From contig MEDY01000065.1 of NCBI GenBank assembly GCA_001724265.1, positions 1-64,000 of the forward strand: a stretch of DNA of 64,000 bases. Direction: 5' to 3'. Positions 47,282-60,559 of the stretch are shown here, one piece after another. The notes under the pieces were generated by a model. The model was not told where the DNA came from and ran no database searches. It saw only the letters and a list, made by a program, of their open reading frames with translations. The position numbers and the translations under genes were made by a program. Each line of letters starts with the position of its first letter. Position 1 is the first letter of the stretch. Origin of the DNA: Rhizaria sp. SCN 62-66 (Eukaryota).

Positions 47282-48223
47282 CGCAGCAAGGTGGGCGCGC
47301 GGGGGCGCGGGGTGAAAACGGTGGGGAGGTTTGGGGAAAAGAAGTGGAGACGGAACTGTGCTAGGCGAGAGGGCAATGGGTGGACGCGTGAGGTGGTGAG
47401 AGGCATCATCATGGTGGGGCAGATACGGCCAGAATGCACATGCAAGGAGTCCCTTTTTCGGCACAAATAGAAGTTCAATTTGTGTTACAAATAACAGTTA
47501 ACATGGGCACACTTCTCCGACAGACTCCGACAGCGTGTGTGAGCCGGCAGGCCGTGTTCCGTGGCGCAGGACGACAGAGGGTTCAGTTATCGTCATAAAT
47601 GTGTGAGTAGAGGGATTTCGCAAGTGATACATCGTGCCAACATCGGTAGACTTGATTACAAGTACCCATAGGCGTGATATAGCTGGAAATAAAAAGATGT
47701 CTGAAATAACATGCGGGAACAATGGAAATTACTCTCGAGATGAAAGTTGCCTTGCCAAGCCGTCGTCAGCTGTTGGCCAGCGACGGATCGGGACATTGTG
47801 ACTGAGAGGTTCAAAACTGCCTCGTGTATCTCATTCCAATGACCGTCACTCGCTATTTGAACATTATTCTGTGACTTTTTGTTAGATTTTATACACTTTC
47901 TTCTTGTGACACTTGCTCAAATGGACAGGGTGCGATGTATTTCACCTCGCTTCAAGACTGACCACAAGAGATTGATATCGGTCTTCGTCCCATCGGAATC
48001 AACGCCAACACCCGCACACAGCGTGTCCCATGTGGGTCATAACCTCGAACACCGATTTACTCGTTAGTGCTCATGCAATATCCACTACGTATTTGATCAT
48101 GTCTGCTCATATACTTTCTCTAAACCTCTATCTTCTGCATCTCTCCTCGTCCTTCCTTGCCACGTCCCCAATGACCGTCGTCCTTGCTTCGTCCTGCCTC
48201 TGCATCCTGGCTCCACAGTCGCT

Positions 48224-48801
48224 ATGTCCGCCTCCTCTGCGCCAGGCGAGACTGTTGTGGCCGTTGATGCGGTGCCGAACCCGCTTATCGCAGCCGTTGC
48301 GCCTGTCCCGTCTGACCTCAAAGGTACGTCGATCACATTGATCACATGCTTAACATCGCAATGCGCCTCACCAAACACTCGCAATCGCGTGTCATGCTTG
48401 TCTATCGGACATATACTTCTGTTTATACTTTTAAGCGCATTACAAAACTTTCACATTCTATAATCAATATATCACATCCTTTGAACACAAACACTAACAT
48501 CCTTGCTTTCTTTTCCTATCTCTCTCTTTGCTCGCTCGCAGTCACCATCCACTTCCGCCCTGTGGCCAACGCGGGCATCCTGCAGGACCCGAAGATCCGC
48601 GCCCCTGCTGCGCGGCCCTTCTCCGTGCTGGCCGCGCACCTCCGCGCGCGACTCAAGCTCGCCCCCAGCGAAGGGCTGTACCTCTACATCAACTCGGCAT
48701 TCCTCCCCGCGCCCGACGCCGTCATCGGCGACCTCTACGGCAGCTTCGCCGTCGGCGGGGAGCTCACCGTTAACTACGCGCTCATGCAGGCGTGGGGGTG
48801 A
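48224..48801 (+). CDS. ATG12: ATG12 ubiquitin-like autophagy protein; exons 48224-48323 and 48542-48801
   Basis: KVTIHFRPVANAGIL...LYLYINSAFLPAPDAVIGDLYGSF...LTVNYALMQAWG*. Intron GTACGT...CGCAG. Confidence 0.95.
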
Positions 48802-49175
48802 ACGTCTGCAGTGTGCGGTTGCTCTCAGGCGCGCGGCAGCCAGAGAGCAAAGAATGAGGTGTTTGGAGCAAACTGAAGATCCAATGAAATATTCGCAAGG
48901 GCCTGTGAGGATATCACCAGCTATATAGCACAATTTTAAAGGCATTTATACATAGTTTTTACTACTATTGATACCGTACTTCACTGAATCACGAAAATAT
49001 ATTAGCCTAGTAGAGAAATCTTTGTTTTATTTTCCACCACAAACGCGTTTTAGTGCGGCAAATGAGCTTGCTGTGCGCTGTGGCAGGCGGTTGGGGGGTG
49101 GGCCGAGGTCAGGTTTCACGGCTCGGCAAGGTGCTTTTTTGTATTGCTTAAACGCACGTACACGTACCGTATACA

Positions 49176-52100
49176 ATGGCTTCTACTAAGGCCGGCGTCA
49201 AGCTGCGCGAAGTTAGTCTTGGCAAGCGTAAGATTTCTCCCGATGAGTTTATCTCCATCGTCGTGGGCGACAACATTGACATCCAGCTCAACTCGGCGTC
49301 GGTCGAGGAGCTCGACAAGGCGAGTAAGAAGCGCTTTCCTCCCATCAAGGTCGAGGACCACCTCAGCGCGTTCCCCGACGCCCTCACGGCCGACAACACC
49401 ATGTGCCGCATCGGCACCCGCAGCGTGCTTGCTCTGCGCGTGATTTCCTTCCTCCAGGGCCGCGCCGCCGTGCGTCCGCAGGTCGTCGAGGCGCTCGTCG
49501 CGCTCCTCAACAAGGACATCTGCCCGCTGCTGCCGGCGCCGCGCCTCGCCTCGGACGTCCAGGTTATGTCCGCGCTTGTCGCCGCCTTTACCGCCCCCGC
49601 CACGGCGCCCTGCTTCGTCGGCACCAAGACCGTGCCGTTCACCACCGTCGCCGAGGCCTGCGCCGCCGCCGGCGTCACGCTGCCCGAGCTCAACCCCAAC
49701 GAGGTCAAGCGCATGACCATGGGCGTGCTGCCCGCGCAGGCGCTCGCCGCGCAGGCCGCGTACCGCGCCAAGGCCGCCGCCGTGCTGGCCGACGCCGTCG
49801 CCGGTCTCTCGCTCGAGGCCCTCGGCGCCTTCACCGAGCCCTTCCAGCAGGCCTACCACGACGTCGCACGCCCCTACGTCACCGCCATGGAGGTCGCCGC
49901 GCTCGTCCGCTACATGCTCGAGGGTTCCGGTAACGTTAACAAGTCCAAGGCCAAGACTCAGGTATGTTCTATTTCGCAAGATCTGTTCGATCTGCAAATC
50001 CTTGTGTCCTCTCGTGTTGCGATTTGTTTGAGCATTAATACTGCGCTTTATTTCGCATCCTCGCAACGAAACCATTGTATTCTCTATTTCCTAACAAAAA
50101 TGTTTTCTTTAATCTCTATGTCGCCTATTCTGCGCTTTATAACAACGCACAGGACCCCGCATGCTTCCGCGAGATCCCCCTCGTCTCGGCGGGCCTGCGC
50201 GACGCCGCCGCTTCGGCGATCTCGGCCGCGCGCGTCGAGCTTAACTCCGCCGAGGCCGCGGGCATGGTCCTCGACTGGCAGCACGACCCCGCCTTCACGG
50301 CGCAGCTGTTGGCGCAGACCGCGGCCTCGCTGGCCGCCGCGCTGCGCACGTCGATGTCGCAGTCGCTCGCGCGCTCGGCCGCGCTCGTCGCCGCCGTCAC
50401 CGCCGCGGGCACCGCGGACCTGGCCTCGGCCACCGCGGGCGCCGCAGACCACGCCGCAGTGCTGGCCGCCATCGCCGCGCGCTCCGCCGCCGTCTCGGCC
50501 TCGGCCGCGGCCGCCTACGCCGACGCGACCTCGACCGCGGCCGCCGCGGGCACCGTCGTGTCGGGCGCGGTGCGGCTCGCCGCCGCGCTCGAGGCCGCCG
50601 TGGCGCTCGAGGCCGCGGCCGCGCTGCACGTGCTCAACGCGCGCGAGGCCGCCGCCGTCGAGGCCGCGGGCAAGGCTGCCGCGGTCAAGCGCGAGGCCGT
50701 GCTCAAGCGCATCGCCGACTGGCAGGCGCTCGACGCAAAGGCTGTCGCCGAGGGCACCGCGCGCCCCGACCCCAAGAAGTGCCCCCCGGCTCCGGCCCCG
50801 CTGGACGCCGCGGCCGGCGCCGCCAAGGGCAAGGGCCTGGTGATGGGCGCCGGCGCCGGCAAGGTGCTTGAGGTGCTCTCGGAGGCCGTCAAGACCGCCG
50901 CCGCGGCCGCGGGCGCGAGCGACGCGGCCGCCACCGGCTTCGCGGCGGGCGCCGTGGGCGGCGACGTCTTCGCGACCGTCGTGTCGGCCGCACTGACGGG
51001 CGTGAAGCCGCAGCTGGCGGAGCGCGTGGCGGCCGCGGTGGCCGTGGTGAACCAGACGGCGCTGCCGAAGCTGCCCAAGGGCACGCGCGACGCCGACCCC
51101 GAGCTCATGGCGATCCGCGAGAAGACCTTCGGCATGATCACCGAGATCTTCCAGGTACGACGCAACAGAAACTCGATATATCTTCAATTGATAAAAAGAA
51201 GACTTACTAATCTTGTTCGTGTGAATAATCGAGTTCTTACTTTACAACTTGTATCTTTGTTTCTTTAAATTAGGCCCACGGTGGCGTCGGCATCGACACG
51301 CCCGTGTTCGAGCGCAAGGAAATCCTGACCGGCAAGTACGGCGAGGACTCTAAGCTCATCTACGACCTGGCTTCGCAGGGCGGTGAGATCCTCTCGCTGC
51401 GCTACGACCTCACCGTGCCCTTCGCGCGTTACTGCGCTGCCAACGGCGTGAGCAACATCAAGCGTTACCACATCGCCAAGGTTTACCGCCGCGACAAGCC
51501 CGTCATGGCCAAGGGCCGCTTCCGCGAGTTCTTCCAGTGCGACTACGACATCGCCGGCACGTATCCGCCCATGGTGGCCGACGCTGAGGCGCTCAAGGTC
51601 ATGTCCGACATTCTGTCTAAGGTCGGCATCGGCGCCTTCAAGATCAAGCTCTCGCACCGCAAGCTGCTCGACGCCGTCATGACCGGTACGTGCAAATCAC
51701 GATTATATTGACACTTTGTTCGCATATTTACCTTTAATTGTTCTAAAATTGTCGTCTTCAAGTCTTATGTTGTAAATGGGATATGATCCGAAACACATTT
51801 TGTTCACACACAAATGGTTGTGCTCTATTCTCTCTTGACAGTCTGCGGCGTCCCCGCCGACAACCTGCGCCCGATCTGCTCGGCCGTGGACAAGCTCGAC
51901 AAGGAGCCCTGGTCTGTGGTGCGCGACGAGATGGTGCTGGAGAAGGGCCTGGCCGAGGACGTGGCGGACCGCCTGGAGCGCTACGTCACGCTCCCCCCCA
52001 CCGCCGTGGCCGGCGACTCCTCCGCGCCCGGCGCGCTGACGCCTTACCAGCTGCTGGCGCAACTCGAGGCCGACGCCGCGCTGGCCGCGTCCCCGTCGGC

Positions 52101-52782
52101 CCAGGCTGCGTTCGCGGACCTGCGCCTGCTGTTCGACTACCTGGACGCCATGGAGGGGCTCGACCGCGTGTCGCTGGACCTCTCGCTCGCGCGCGGCCTC
52201 GACTACTACACGGGCCTCATCTACGAGGCTGTGTTCCTGGAGGAGGGCCAGGTCGGCTCCGTCGCCGCGGGCGGCCGCTACGACGGGCTGCTGGGCATGT
52301 TCTCGGGCAAGTCTGTCCCCGCGGTCGGCATGTCGATCGGCATCGAGCGCATCATGTCGATCCTCGAGAATAAGGCCAAGGCGGCCAACCGCGCCATCAA
52401 GACGACCAAGACCACTGTGCTGGTCGCCTCGGTCGGCAACGACCTGCTCAAGGAGCGCATGAAGCTGGCGGCCGAGCTGTGGCGCGCGGGCATCCCCACC
52501 GAGTTCCTCTACGCCGAGAACCCCAACATCCGCAAGCAGATGGAGTACGCGTTCGACGGGCAGATTCCCGTCGTGGCATGGCTCGGCGAGGACGAGCTTA
52601 AGGCCGGCGTCGTCACCGTCAAGACCCTCACAGCCGACAAGGAGGCGCAGACCGAGGCGCGCTCCGTGCCGCGCGGCGAGATCGTAGACACGCTCAAGGA
52701 GATTATCGCCGCGCTGCCCAAGGACCAGATCTTCACCGCTCCTGCTCCCGCCGCCGCGGGCGAGGCGCAGCCCAGCGCGTAA
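49176..52782 (+). CDS. HARS: Cytosolic histidyl-tRNA synthetase with N-terminal histidine-ammonia-lyase-like domain; exons 49176-49961, 50153-51154, 51274-51685, 51842-52782
   Basis: [63 protein letters not shown] and an anticodon-binding domain. Three GTAYG introns keep the frame. Stop TAA. Confidence 0.95.
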
Positions 52783-53010
52783 TTAACTCGTTGAGGTGTG
52801 TTGCTGTTGGCTGGAGTTGTGTGTGCATGTGCACAGTTAATTGAATAATAATTGTTGTCGTGTTGGCGTTTATTGAGAAAGCAAGATAAAAATAAAGAAA
52901 ATAATGAGTAAAATACTTTGTATAAAGACTAACTAGACGGGTTTTACATGAATTAAACAATGTAGATGCAAACCCGAAACATTCCAGGTGTGAAACTTTC
53001 GTGTTTGCAC

Positions 53011-56000
53011 TTAGATGCGAGCGCGCGCCTGTGCAAAATGCGTGTACTTAAGCATCACACTTGCAGGGTCAACACTATTGTTGCTGCTACCAATTGCAGC
53101 TTGGGCCCTACTTTTATCTGCAGCGGCGATGGCGTGTTGCAATGCGCACAGCACAGCGCCGCGACACAGCGACGTGATGCGGGCGCAGCTAAAACCGCGG
53201 CACTGAACAGAGAGAGGAAAAGAGTCACATCGGGGGAAATGTCGTAAGTTAGTGAATGAAATGGAACTGAAGCTTGATGTGTTAAAAAATAGTTGTGATG
53301 CAAGATATCCAGGCGATAAAATCGTACCATAGTTGCGATGATGTGCTCCAAGTCGACGTCGGGTCCCAGCGTCACGGCCTTGAGCGCGTACAGCGCAATG
53401 TCCTTGGCGTCCTCCGCGCTGGGCAGCGGCACTGCGACGACTTCGTCGAGACGGCCGGGGCGCAGCAGCGCGGCGTCGACGCTGGAGCGCAGGCGGGACG
53501 TCGCGATGACGAACACCCCGCGGCGGGCCTCGATGCCGTCGAGCTCGTTGAGCAGCGTGGACAGAATGCGCGCCTCGACGCCTATGAAAAAGCGCAACAG
53601 AAAATATAAATCATTTTGTCGGTGAAAATATAAGAAAGACCAAAATTGAACAGTGAAACTCAACATATACAAACAAAGAAACGAGTTGTGACGTACCGGT
53701 CGTTGACGCTGATGCCACAGCGCGGTTGGGAGCAATGACGTCCACCTCGTCAATAATCACGACGCACGGCGCCGCATCGGCCGCGCGCCTAAACACCGCC
53801 CGCAGCACGCGCTCGCTCTCGCCCAGAAAGCGCTGCAGCACGTCGGCGCAGCCCAGCCGCAGCACGGCCAGCCCGGACGCCTCGGCGAGCGCGGCGGCGA
53901 GGCGCGTCTTGCCCACGCCCGAAGGCCCGTGCAGCAGCAGGCCCTGCGGCGGGCGCGCGCCGAGCCGCGCCGCCGTGTCCGCGCGCCGCCAGTGCGAGAC
54001 GAGCAGCGACAGCCGCACCTTGAGCTCTGGGTAGCCCGCGATGTCAGCGAGCCCCACAGTGGCCGTGGCGCTGCCGCTGACGGGCAGGGACGCGGCGGCA
54101 GCCGCGGCCGCGGCGGCGCCGTCGCGCGCGGCCGCCGCGGCACGGGTCTGCGTGGCAGCAGCGGCCACTGAGGACAGCGACAGGGGCGCGGGGGAACTCT
54201 CGCTCTCGTCAGATTCAGTCACTGCAGCACTCGTGTTGCCACCGGCGCTCGAGGCAGAAGTGTGCTGCGTCAGAGCGGCGGCGGCGGCGGCGCGCGCCCA
54301 AGCCTCCGTGGCCGCCACGACGTCGCCCGCGGCGAGGCCGGCGGTGGCGCGGGCCACAGCGGCCGCCGCAGTCAGGAGACCGCGCAGGGGCACGGGCAAC
54401 TGAGACGAACAGTGTGCGGCGTTGCAGAGAGATAGAGCAGCGGTGACGCGGGCAGCAGGGCTCGCGCTCGAGTGAGTGAGCGCTGAGAGCGTTGTGATGA
54501 TGTCGGTCTCAAGCGGCGGCAACGCAGGCGCGCGCACAACATCAGTGCTGCTGTTCGAGTGCGTCTCTAGATACCACTCCCTGAATGCCAGCGCCAAATC
54601 ATCAAACCCAATCACAGCATCGACACTCGCGCCAGGGTCGGCCGTGCGCGCCGCCAGCGCAGCAAGCGCGGCGACCGCGGTGTCCTCTTCCTCGCTGGGG
54701 GCAACCGTGAGCCGCAGCGCGGCGGGCGCGGCGGGGCGCAGCGACCGCAGCAGCGCAGTCATCGTCGCCATTGCGGGGGTCGCCGAACGCACAGCAGAGC
54801 TCGCGGTGCTGGCAGTCGCCGTCTCCGTCGCAGCCAGCGTTGTTGTCGTGAGTGCGGGGGCGAGCGTGTGCATGGCCAGCAGCGCGCGGTCCGTGGCGGA
54901 GGGCAGCGGGACGGCAAAAATTGGGATTGCGCCCGCGCCGACGACAGGCGCCACATCCGCAACACTCTGCCGCTGCTTCTGTTGTTCTAGTGAAGTACTG
55001 GAAGGCAGCGGCGCGTCGTCGCCGAGTGTGAGCAGCGCGCGCAGGGCTCGTGGCAGCGCCGTGTGGCGCGACACAAGCACTACCGACACCGGGGACGCGG
55101 CCACCACAGTCTCAGCAGCAGCAGAGCGGCCGTGAGCAGCGGTGGCGGGGAGCTGGTAGGCGAGGGACCGGACGAAGGCGGTGAGGAGGGCGCCCATGCT
55201 GCTGTCGGGCGCGGCGGCCACGCCCTGCTTCCCCTTCCCGGTGCCATGAGACCCGGAGCCGGAGCTCTTGCTGCCTGCGTCAGAGCTGTTGTTGCCGCTC
55301 TCGTCGTCACCATCTTCGTCGTCAAACGGGGAAGGGATGACGGCGTCGACGTCGTCCACGACGACGACTACGCCGACAGCGCCCTTGGACGCCGCTGCCA
55401 ACAGCAACGACAACGGCTGCGACGAAGACTGCGACTGTGCGAGTGCGAGCAAAGGCACGGCTGCAGCGGCCGCGGCGGAGACTGCGGCTGCGGCCGCGGC
55501 GACGGCGGCCGTCCACGCTGCGACGACGGCGTCCGCGGTGGCGTGCTGGCCGGCGGCCGCAGCGGCGGCGGTTGCAGCGGGCGCGGCCGCGGCGGAAGCT
55601 GCAGCAGCAGTTGATGCTGTAGCAGCGGCAGTTGCAGCAGCAACAGCAGCGTCAGCAACATCATCACTCGTGACTAAACTTCTGCTGCTGCTGCTGCTTT
55701 GCGCGTGCTTAATGTAGGCCGCGGCGGCGCCCAAGGCCGGCGCGGGCGTGTAAGTGACCGTGGGCACCCCGGTCAGCAGGTCGCGTGCGGACACGGTCAC
55801 GCGCGCCCACGGGCCGTGCACTGGCCCCACACTACTGTTTGTGCCCGCACTCGCACTCGAGTCTGAGGCGGCAGAGGCTGGAGCGGAGGCGAGGGACGAC
55901 GCGCGGGACTTGCCGCCGCGCGCGGGGCCCGTAAGCACGCACGCCGCGGGCGACACGCGCACGACCGGGCTGACGTTGTTGGCGTTGCTACTGTCAGCGT

Positions 56001-57108
56001 TGTTGCTGTCGCCGTCTCCGGGGGGACTCAGCGCGAAGGCGGCGGCGCGCGCGGGCGTGAAAAGGAGCGACTGGAGCAGGTGCGCGCGCAACGACGGCAC
56101 GGCAGCGGCCACGGGGGCGGGAAACGCAGGCGCAGAGGCGACGGCGACAGAAGAGGTGGAGACAGAGCTTGCTGACTGCAACCCATCATGCCTCCGTTGT
56201 TGCGCGGAAGGAACTGTTGGCAGCATGACAGCTGACGTGTTGCTGTCAACTGCATACACAGGCGCAGCCGCGGTGAAGAGTACGGGGCAATGGGCGTGGA
56301 ACCAGTACACACGCGTCAGGTAGCGCACAGGCACGCACGCCAACAAAGGCTGCTGCGCGACAGCAGCTGCGTCGGTGGAGCTGTGGGTGCTGGCACTGGC
56401 ATCGGCTTCAGCGGCGGCGGCGGCGGTCGCGAGCGGGAATCCAGCCAGCTGCCTCGCCAGCAGCGCGGCCAGACGTGGCCCGCAGCGGTGCTCGCCCTCG
56501 CCCGTACTCCCGCCCTCACAGACATCACTGTTGCTGCTGCCGCTGTTGCTGTTAGCGCGAGTGTCGTTGAGGGTCGCGGGCAGGTGCGTGCGGATGAGCT
56601 CCGGCAGCGGCGCGCTGCCCGCCACCGCGGATAGCACCAGCCGCCGCGCCGGCCCGGCCGCGTCCGCACCTGCCGCGCTCGCAGCAGCCGTCGCGACGAC
56701 GGCCGGGGTCGGGACGGCGAGCGGGAGGGAGAGCCGGAGCCCGTTGCGCGCGGCGGCCGGCAGCAGTGCGCAGAGCGAGGCGTGCGCGTCATCGGATAGC
56801 AAAACCTCGTCCACAGACAGTGCGGGGTCAGGGACAAGCCGCAGCAGCGGGAAGAGGCGCTCCGGCGCAGCCGCAGCGGGCGCAGAGGACTGGTGCGCGG
56901 AGCTGGCAGCAGCGGCGCAGGACGCGGCGGCCGCGGCGGCGAAGACTGCGAAGCTGAACGGAAGCAGCGAGGAGTGCGGGGAAAAGTGGGCAGGGGAGAG
57001 CCAACACGTGTGCGCAGGCTGTGGGGATGTCGGACAGTTGCGCGGAAGCGCAGTGATGGGCAGCTCAAGCTGAGGGCCGGAGGCCGCAGCGAGGGCTGCG
57101 GAGTCCAT
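53011..57108 (-). CDS. CDC48/AFG2-family AAA ATPase, closest by motif to SPATA5L1/AFG2B; exons 57108-53697, 53581-53328, 53202-53011
   Basis: Intact second AAA module (GLLLHGPSGVGKT, IIDEVD, ARILSTLLNELDG, DAALLRPGRLD, lid CRGFSCARITSLCR). Degenerate first module (GPARGGKS, VVVVDDVD). Stop TAA. Confidence 0.8.
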
Positions 57109-57326
57109 CCTAGGTCGGGAATAAAAAGTTGTGTCTTGATGTCGTGAGCAGCTTCTCAGAAAGTATTAATAACTGAGCATATATAAAATATATAAACAGC
57201 TAATTTTGTGTTTATCTTTTCCGCTTTAACGGACTCCCTGCGTATTTCCAGCCTTTGTCGAAGACAGGTCAACTCAATTAGCTCTCTCAACTGCTCTCTG
57301 CATTTGCAGTCGCCTCCCTCAGACTG

Positions 57327-57974
57327 ATGTCTGCTCTGCGCGCGGTGCTCGCTCTCCAACTCGGCGCTGTCTGCGTCTTTTTGGTCGTGATCCTCGCGCT
57401 GGGCGCCCCTGCCGGCTCGCTCGTCGCGCTCTCCCGCGCGCTGGCGTTGGCGGCGCTGTTGTCGCTCACCTCAGTGGCTCCCACCAACTGTTTGCTCAAG
57501 GGTGACCTGGGAGCGCTTCTGCGACTCTGGCTCTGTCCACACGGCCCTGCCGCCGCGCTCACGCTTTCCCAAGCTAACACCGACGCTGATATCGCTTCAT
57601 CATCGTCTCTGACAAGTCTAACACAGCATCAGCAGCAACAGCAGTGCTGTACTGAGTTGACTCAGATGCTAATGTCTCCTTTCACAGTCTCAGCGGCGGC
57701 GCACGCGCGCGCGGCGGAGCTCGACGCCGCTTCGCCGCTTGCCTCCCGCGTTGCGCTGCTCGCCGTCGTGCGCGCCGCGGCCGCGGGGAGCGTGCTGCTC
57801 GCCTGGGCCGCCTCGGTGTACACCATCCTCGACGGCGAGACCATCTTGCAGGTGTTTCCGGTCGCCAGCGCAGGCGGCGCCGTCGCGGGCGCCGTCGCAG
57901 GCAGCGCTGTTGGCTTAGTTGTAGAGGCTTATACACGGCGTCCAGGCGCCGCAGCCACGAAGCGCAGTGATTAA
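57327..57974 (+). CDS. PIGF: PIG-F/Gpi11-like GPI biosynthesis protein (divergent)
   Basis: ILALGAP...LLSLTSVAP...GSVLLAWAASVYTILDGETILQVFPVASAGGA follows the PIG-F pattern LFGAP...GAWxGAxxxPLDWxxxWQxWP. The 5' end is uncertain. Confidence 0.7.
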   Translation: MSALRAVLALQLGAVCVFLVVILALGAPAGSLVALSRALALAALLSLTSVAPTNCLLKGDLGALLRLWLCPHGPAAALTLSQANTDADIASSSSLTSLTQHQQQQQCCTELTQMLMSPFTVSAAAHARAAELDAASPLASRVALLAVVRAAAAGSVLLAWAASVYTILDGETILQVFPVASAGGAVAGAVAGSAVGLVVEAYTRRPGAAATKRSD

Positions 57975-58446
57975 GCGCGGTTTTTAACGCCTTACATAGC
58001 TTGTTCCAAATGTTACATAGACTCACTTGAAGCTGCGGAGACTTCAATTAGTGTTAATCTTGGAGTTTGATTATTCTCAACACCGATTCGAATACATAGT
58101 TTTTCTTCAAATGACGTTATCAAGCAGACTATGCCATCAATTTATCGATCCAAATGTTCATTCTAAAAGTTCATGTTGTATGGATGATACCAGCCTAAAT
58201 GCACATATTGTCTGTCTGCTGTGTTTCTAACTGCTGCAGCAGCAGCATGAATAACAATCACAGTGGACCTGTTGGCCTGAACTAATCCTCTTATCGTTTT
58301 TGTCTCGTGATCACCAGTACTCGTGTGAGCTCACAGTCACATTTTCACAGTCACTCTGCTCAAAGCCTTGTCCTGCACTCATATCGCAATCGCATAGCAC
58401 GCACGTTCTTCAGAGGCTCGAGTTCACAGTGAAAGCAGTGCCCCGC

Positions 58447-59167
58447 TCAGTAGAGGTAGACGGCGAAGACGGCGGCGCAGCAGTAGAGCGAGTCCGACAT
58501 GAAGAGCGCCTCGGCCATGGAGTCCGTCTTGGCGTCCCACAGGCAGCGCGCGCCGAAGCGCAGGCCCGCGCCGCGCTGCTCGCCGATCAACACCTGGACA
58601 AGGAACTTGTAGCGCGGGAGCGACAGGCCTGAACGGAGAGTTGAACAGGTAGACGAACAAGAGGGGCAAAGGAGAGGCGCGAAAGGAACGGATGAAGAGA
58701 ACAGCGTGAGGAATGAGTTTAGAATATGAAGATCGCACATCGATATAAAATGTGCAATGTTTGGTACAATAATAGTATAATCTCAGTATGAAAGCGCGAT
58801 CTTGTCGCTCGAGCGCGGTTATGGCTGCGTACTCTGCATCTCGGTCTTGATCGCGGCGGCGAGCGTGTTGGTCAGCTGCGTCGTCGCAGACGGGTCATAA
58901 GTCACGCCCGTGAGCTGCTCCTTGAGCAGGGCCTCAATCATCGCCTTAGCCTTGAGCGGCTTGAACCTGTGGGGGGCAAACATACGAGAAAACATGACGG
59001 GTGAGCGTGGGCAAATGCAAGGAAAGAGGCCGGAAGCGGAAGTAAGGAAACGAAGGGTGAGCGGAGACGTACGTGTTCTGCGGGAGAGGACCGGTCTGGT
59101 ACTTTTCATCCTCAGGGGAATGCGCGGGAGCCACAGGGGCAGCGGCAGGGGCGGCCACGTCAGACAT
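58447..59167 (-). CDS. TCTEX1D2: Tctex-1 family dynein light chain (TCTEX1D2/DYNLT2B-like); exons 59167-59073, 58966-58833, 58628-58447
   Basis: LPRYKFLVQVLIGEQRGAGLRFGARCLWDAKTDSMA...SLYCCAAVFAVYLY*. Two GTACG introns. Stop TGA. Confidence 0.88.
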
Positions 59168-59724
59168 AGGGCGGGTGGGCGGGCGGGACAGGCGGCCGGG
59201 GCAAGCTAGAAGACGGTGCTAGGGCGCGAGGAAGACGAGCGGTTGAAGGAGCTAAACGGAGAGGATAAATGTAGGCTGTAAGAAAATTGAAAAAGCATAA
59301 TAGCAAAAACAGCGACTTCAGTTTGATATTCCACGCCTGCGTCAAAATGACGTCTGAGAAAGTCATTATCATATGTAAAAGTAAACTTGTTTCGAACTCT
59401 GAGTTGGGGACCAGGGATTTTCTGTAACCGCTCGAGTCTTTTTTGTTTTAAGCAGATCGACATGACCTGAACGTCAGCGTTGATGTTTTTGATTTGCTAT
59501 GATTTTATATCTTTTTGGTTGTACTTTTCTCTTTTTATGTTCTCCAGAAACCTTCCTATATCTCACAAGCGCCGTGTTAACCAATCCACCCGTTGCCAAT
59601 GCCTCCACTCTCCTCGACTCCTAATCGCACTCTCACCCTCGATGTGCTCCATGCTGCTCTCATTCCCTTGCCTGCTCCCACCGCCTCCTTGCTGAAATTA
59701 TTCTCTTACGCTGCCCTAGGAAGC

Positions 59725-60559
59725 ATGGCTACAACTCCCAGCATGTACCTGCGTCTCAAGCGGCATGAGCAGACCGTGTTCATCGCCTGCAACCCCAGTA
59801 TGTGACATTATTATCAACGTGCTCTATATATATCGGATCTTTATGGGAACTGAATGCAGAATAGCTCTCCTATTACACTTTTCTTCTCTTTAAACTCATA
59901 ACTCTTGCTCCTTTGGCTGTTGGCTCATTCTATCACCATTTCAAATTCACTCCCTTCACACAAACACACACATACACACAGAGGAGCAAGTCGGCAAGAT
60001 TAAACTCCGTCTCTGCGCGATCCTGGACAAGGAGCCCGACGACGTGCGCCTCTTTCCCTTCCTGACCGACGAGGAGAAAGTTGCCCTGCACGAGGCCCAG
60101 ATGGAGCAGAAGCGCCTCAAGCTCGAAGACGTGGCCCGCCGCCGCCGCGCCGCGCGCGCCGAGAAGAACAAGAACAACAAGGTCGCCGCGGCCGCGAAGC
60201 GCAACCAACCGGTGGAAGAGGCGCCGCTGCGCGTGGAGCTGCGCCCCGAGGACATCGAGCCGCTGGTGATCCACCCGCTGCCCGAGGACCGGTCGCTCGA
60301 GGTGCTGCACATCCCCGCCGACGCGGTCGTCTTCTTCGTCTTCCGTGTCGACCCCGACAGCGAGGACTTCGAACCCATCTGCGTCGAGGGCTTCCAGGTG
60401 CCGCCGCCCGTGGCGCCCAGCGAGGAGGCGACCGGCGACGCGCAGGACGGCGCCGAGGCCGACGGTGGCGCGGGCGCGGGCGCCGGTACTGGTTCGGCTG
60501 CTGCGCCGGCGGCAGGGGCGAGGGCGGGCGAGCAGGGGGCAGAGGTCGGCAGTGAGTGA
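59725..60559 (+). CDS. ELOB: Elongin-B-like ubiquitin-fold protein with a charged insertion; exons 59725-59797 and 59982-60559
   Basis: MYLRLKRHEQTVFIACNPKEQVGKIKLRLCAILDKEPDDVRLF...VFFVFRVDPDSEDFEPICVE resembles the Elongin B N- and C-terminal segments. Confidence 0.7.

Noticed and set aside
10473-48801. ATG8 and ATG12 in the same window as a functional cluster
   Set aside because: They are about 37 kb and nine unrelated genes apart, which is compatible with chance.
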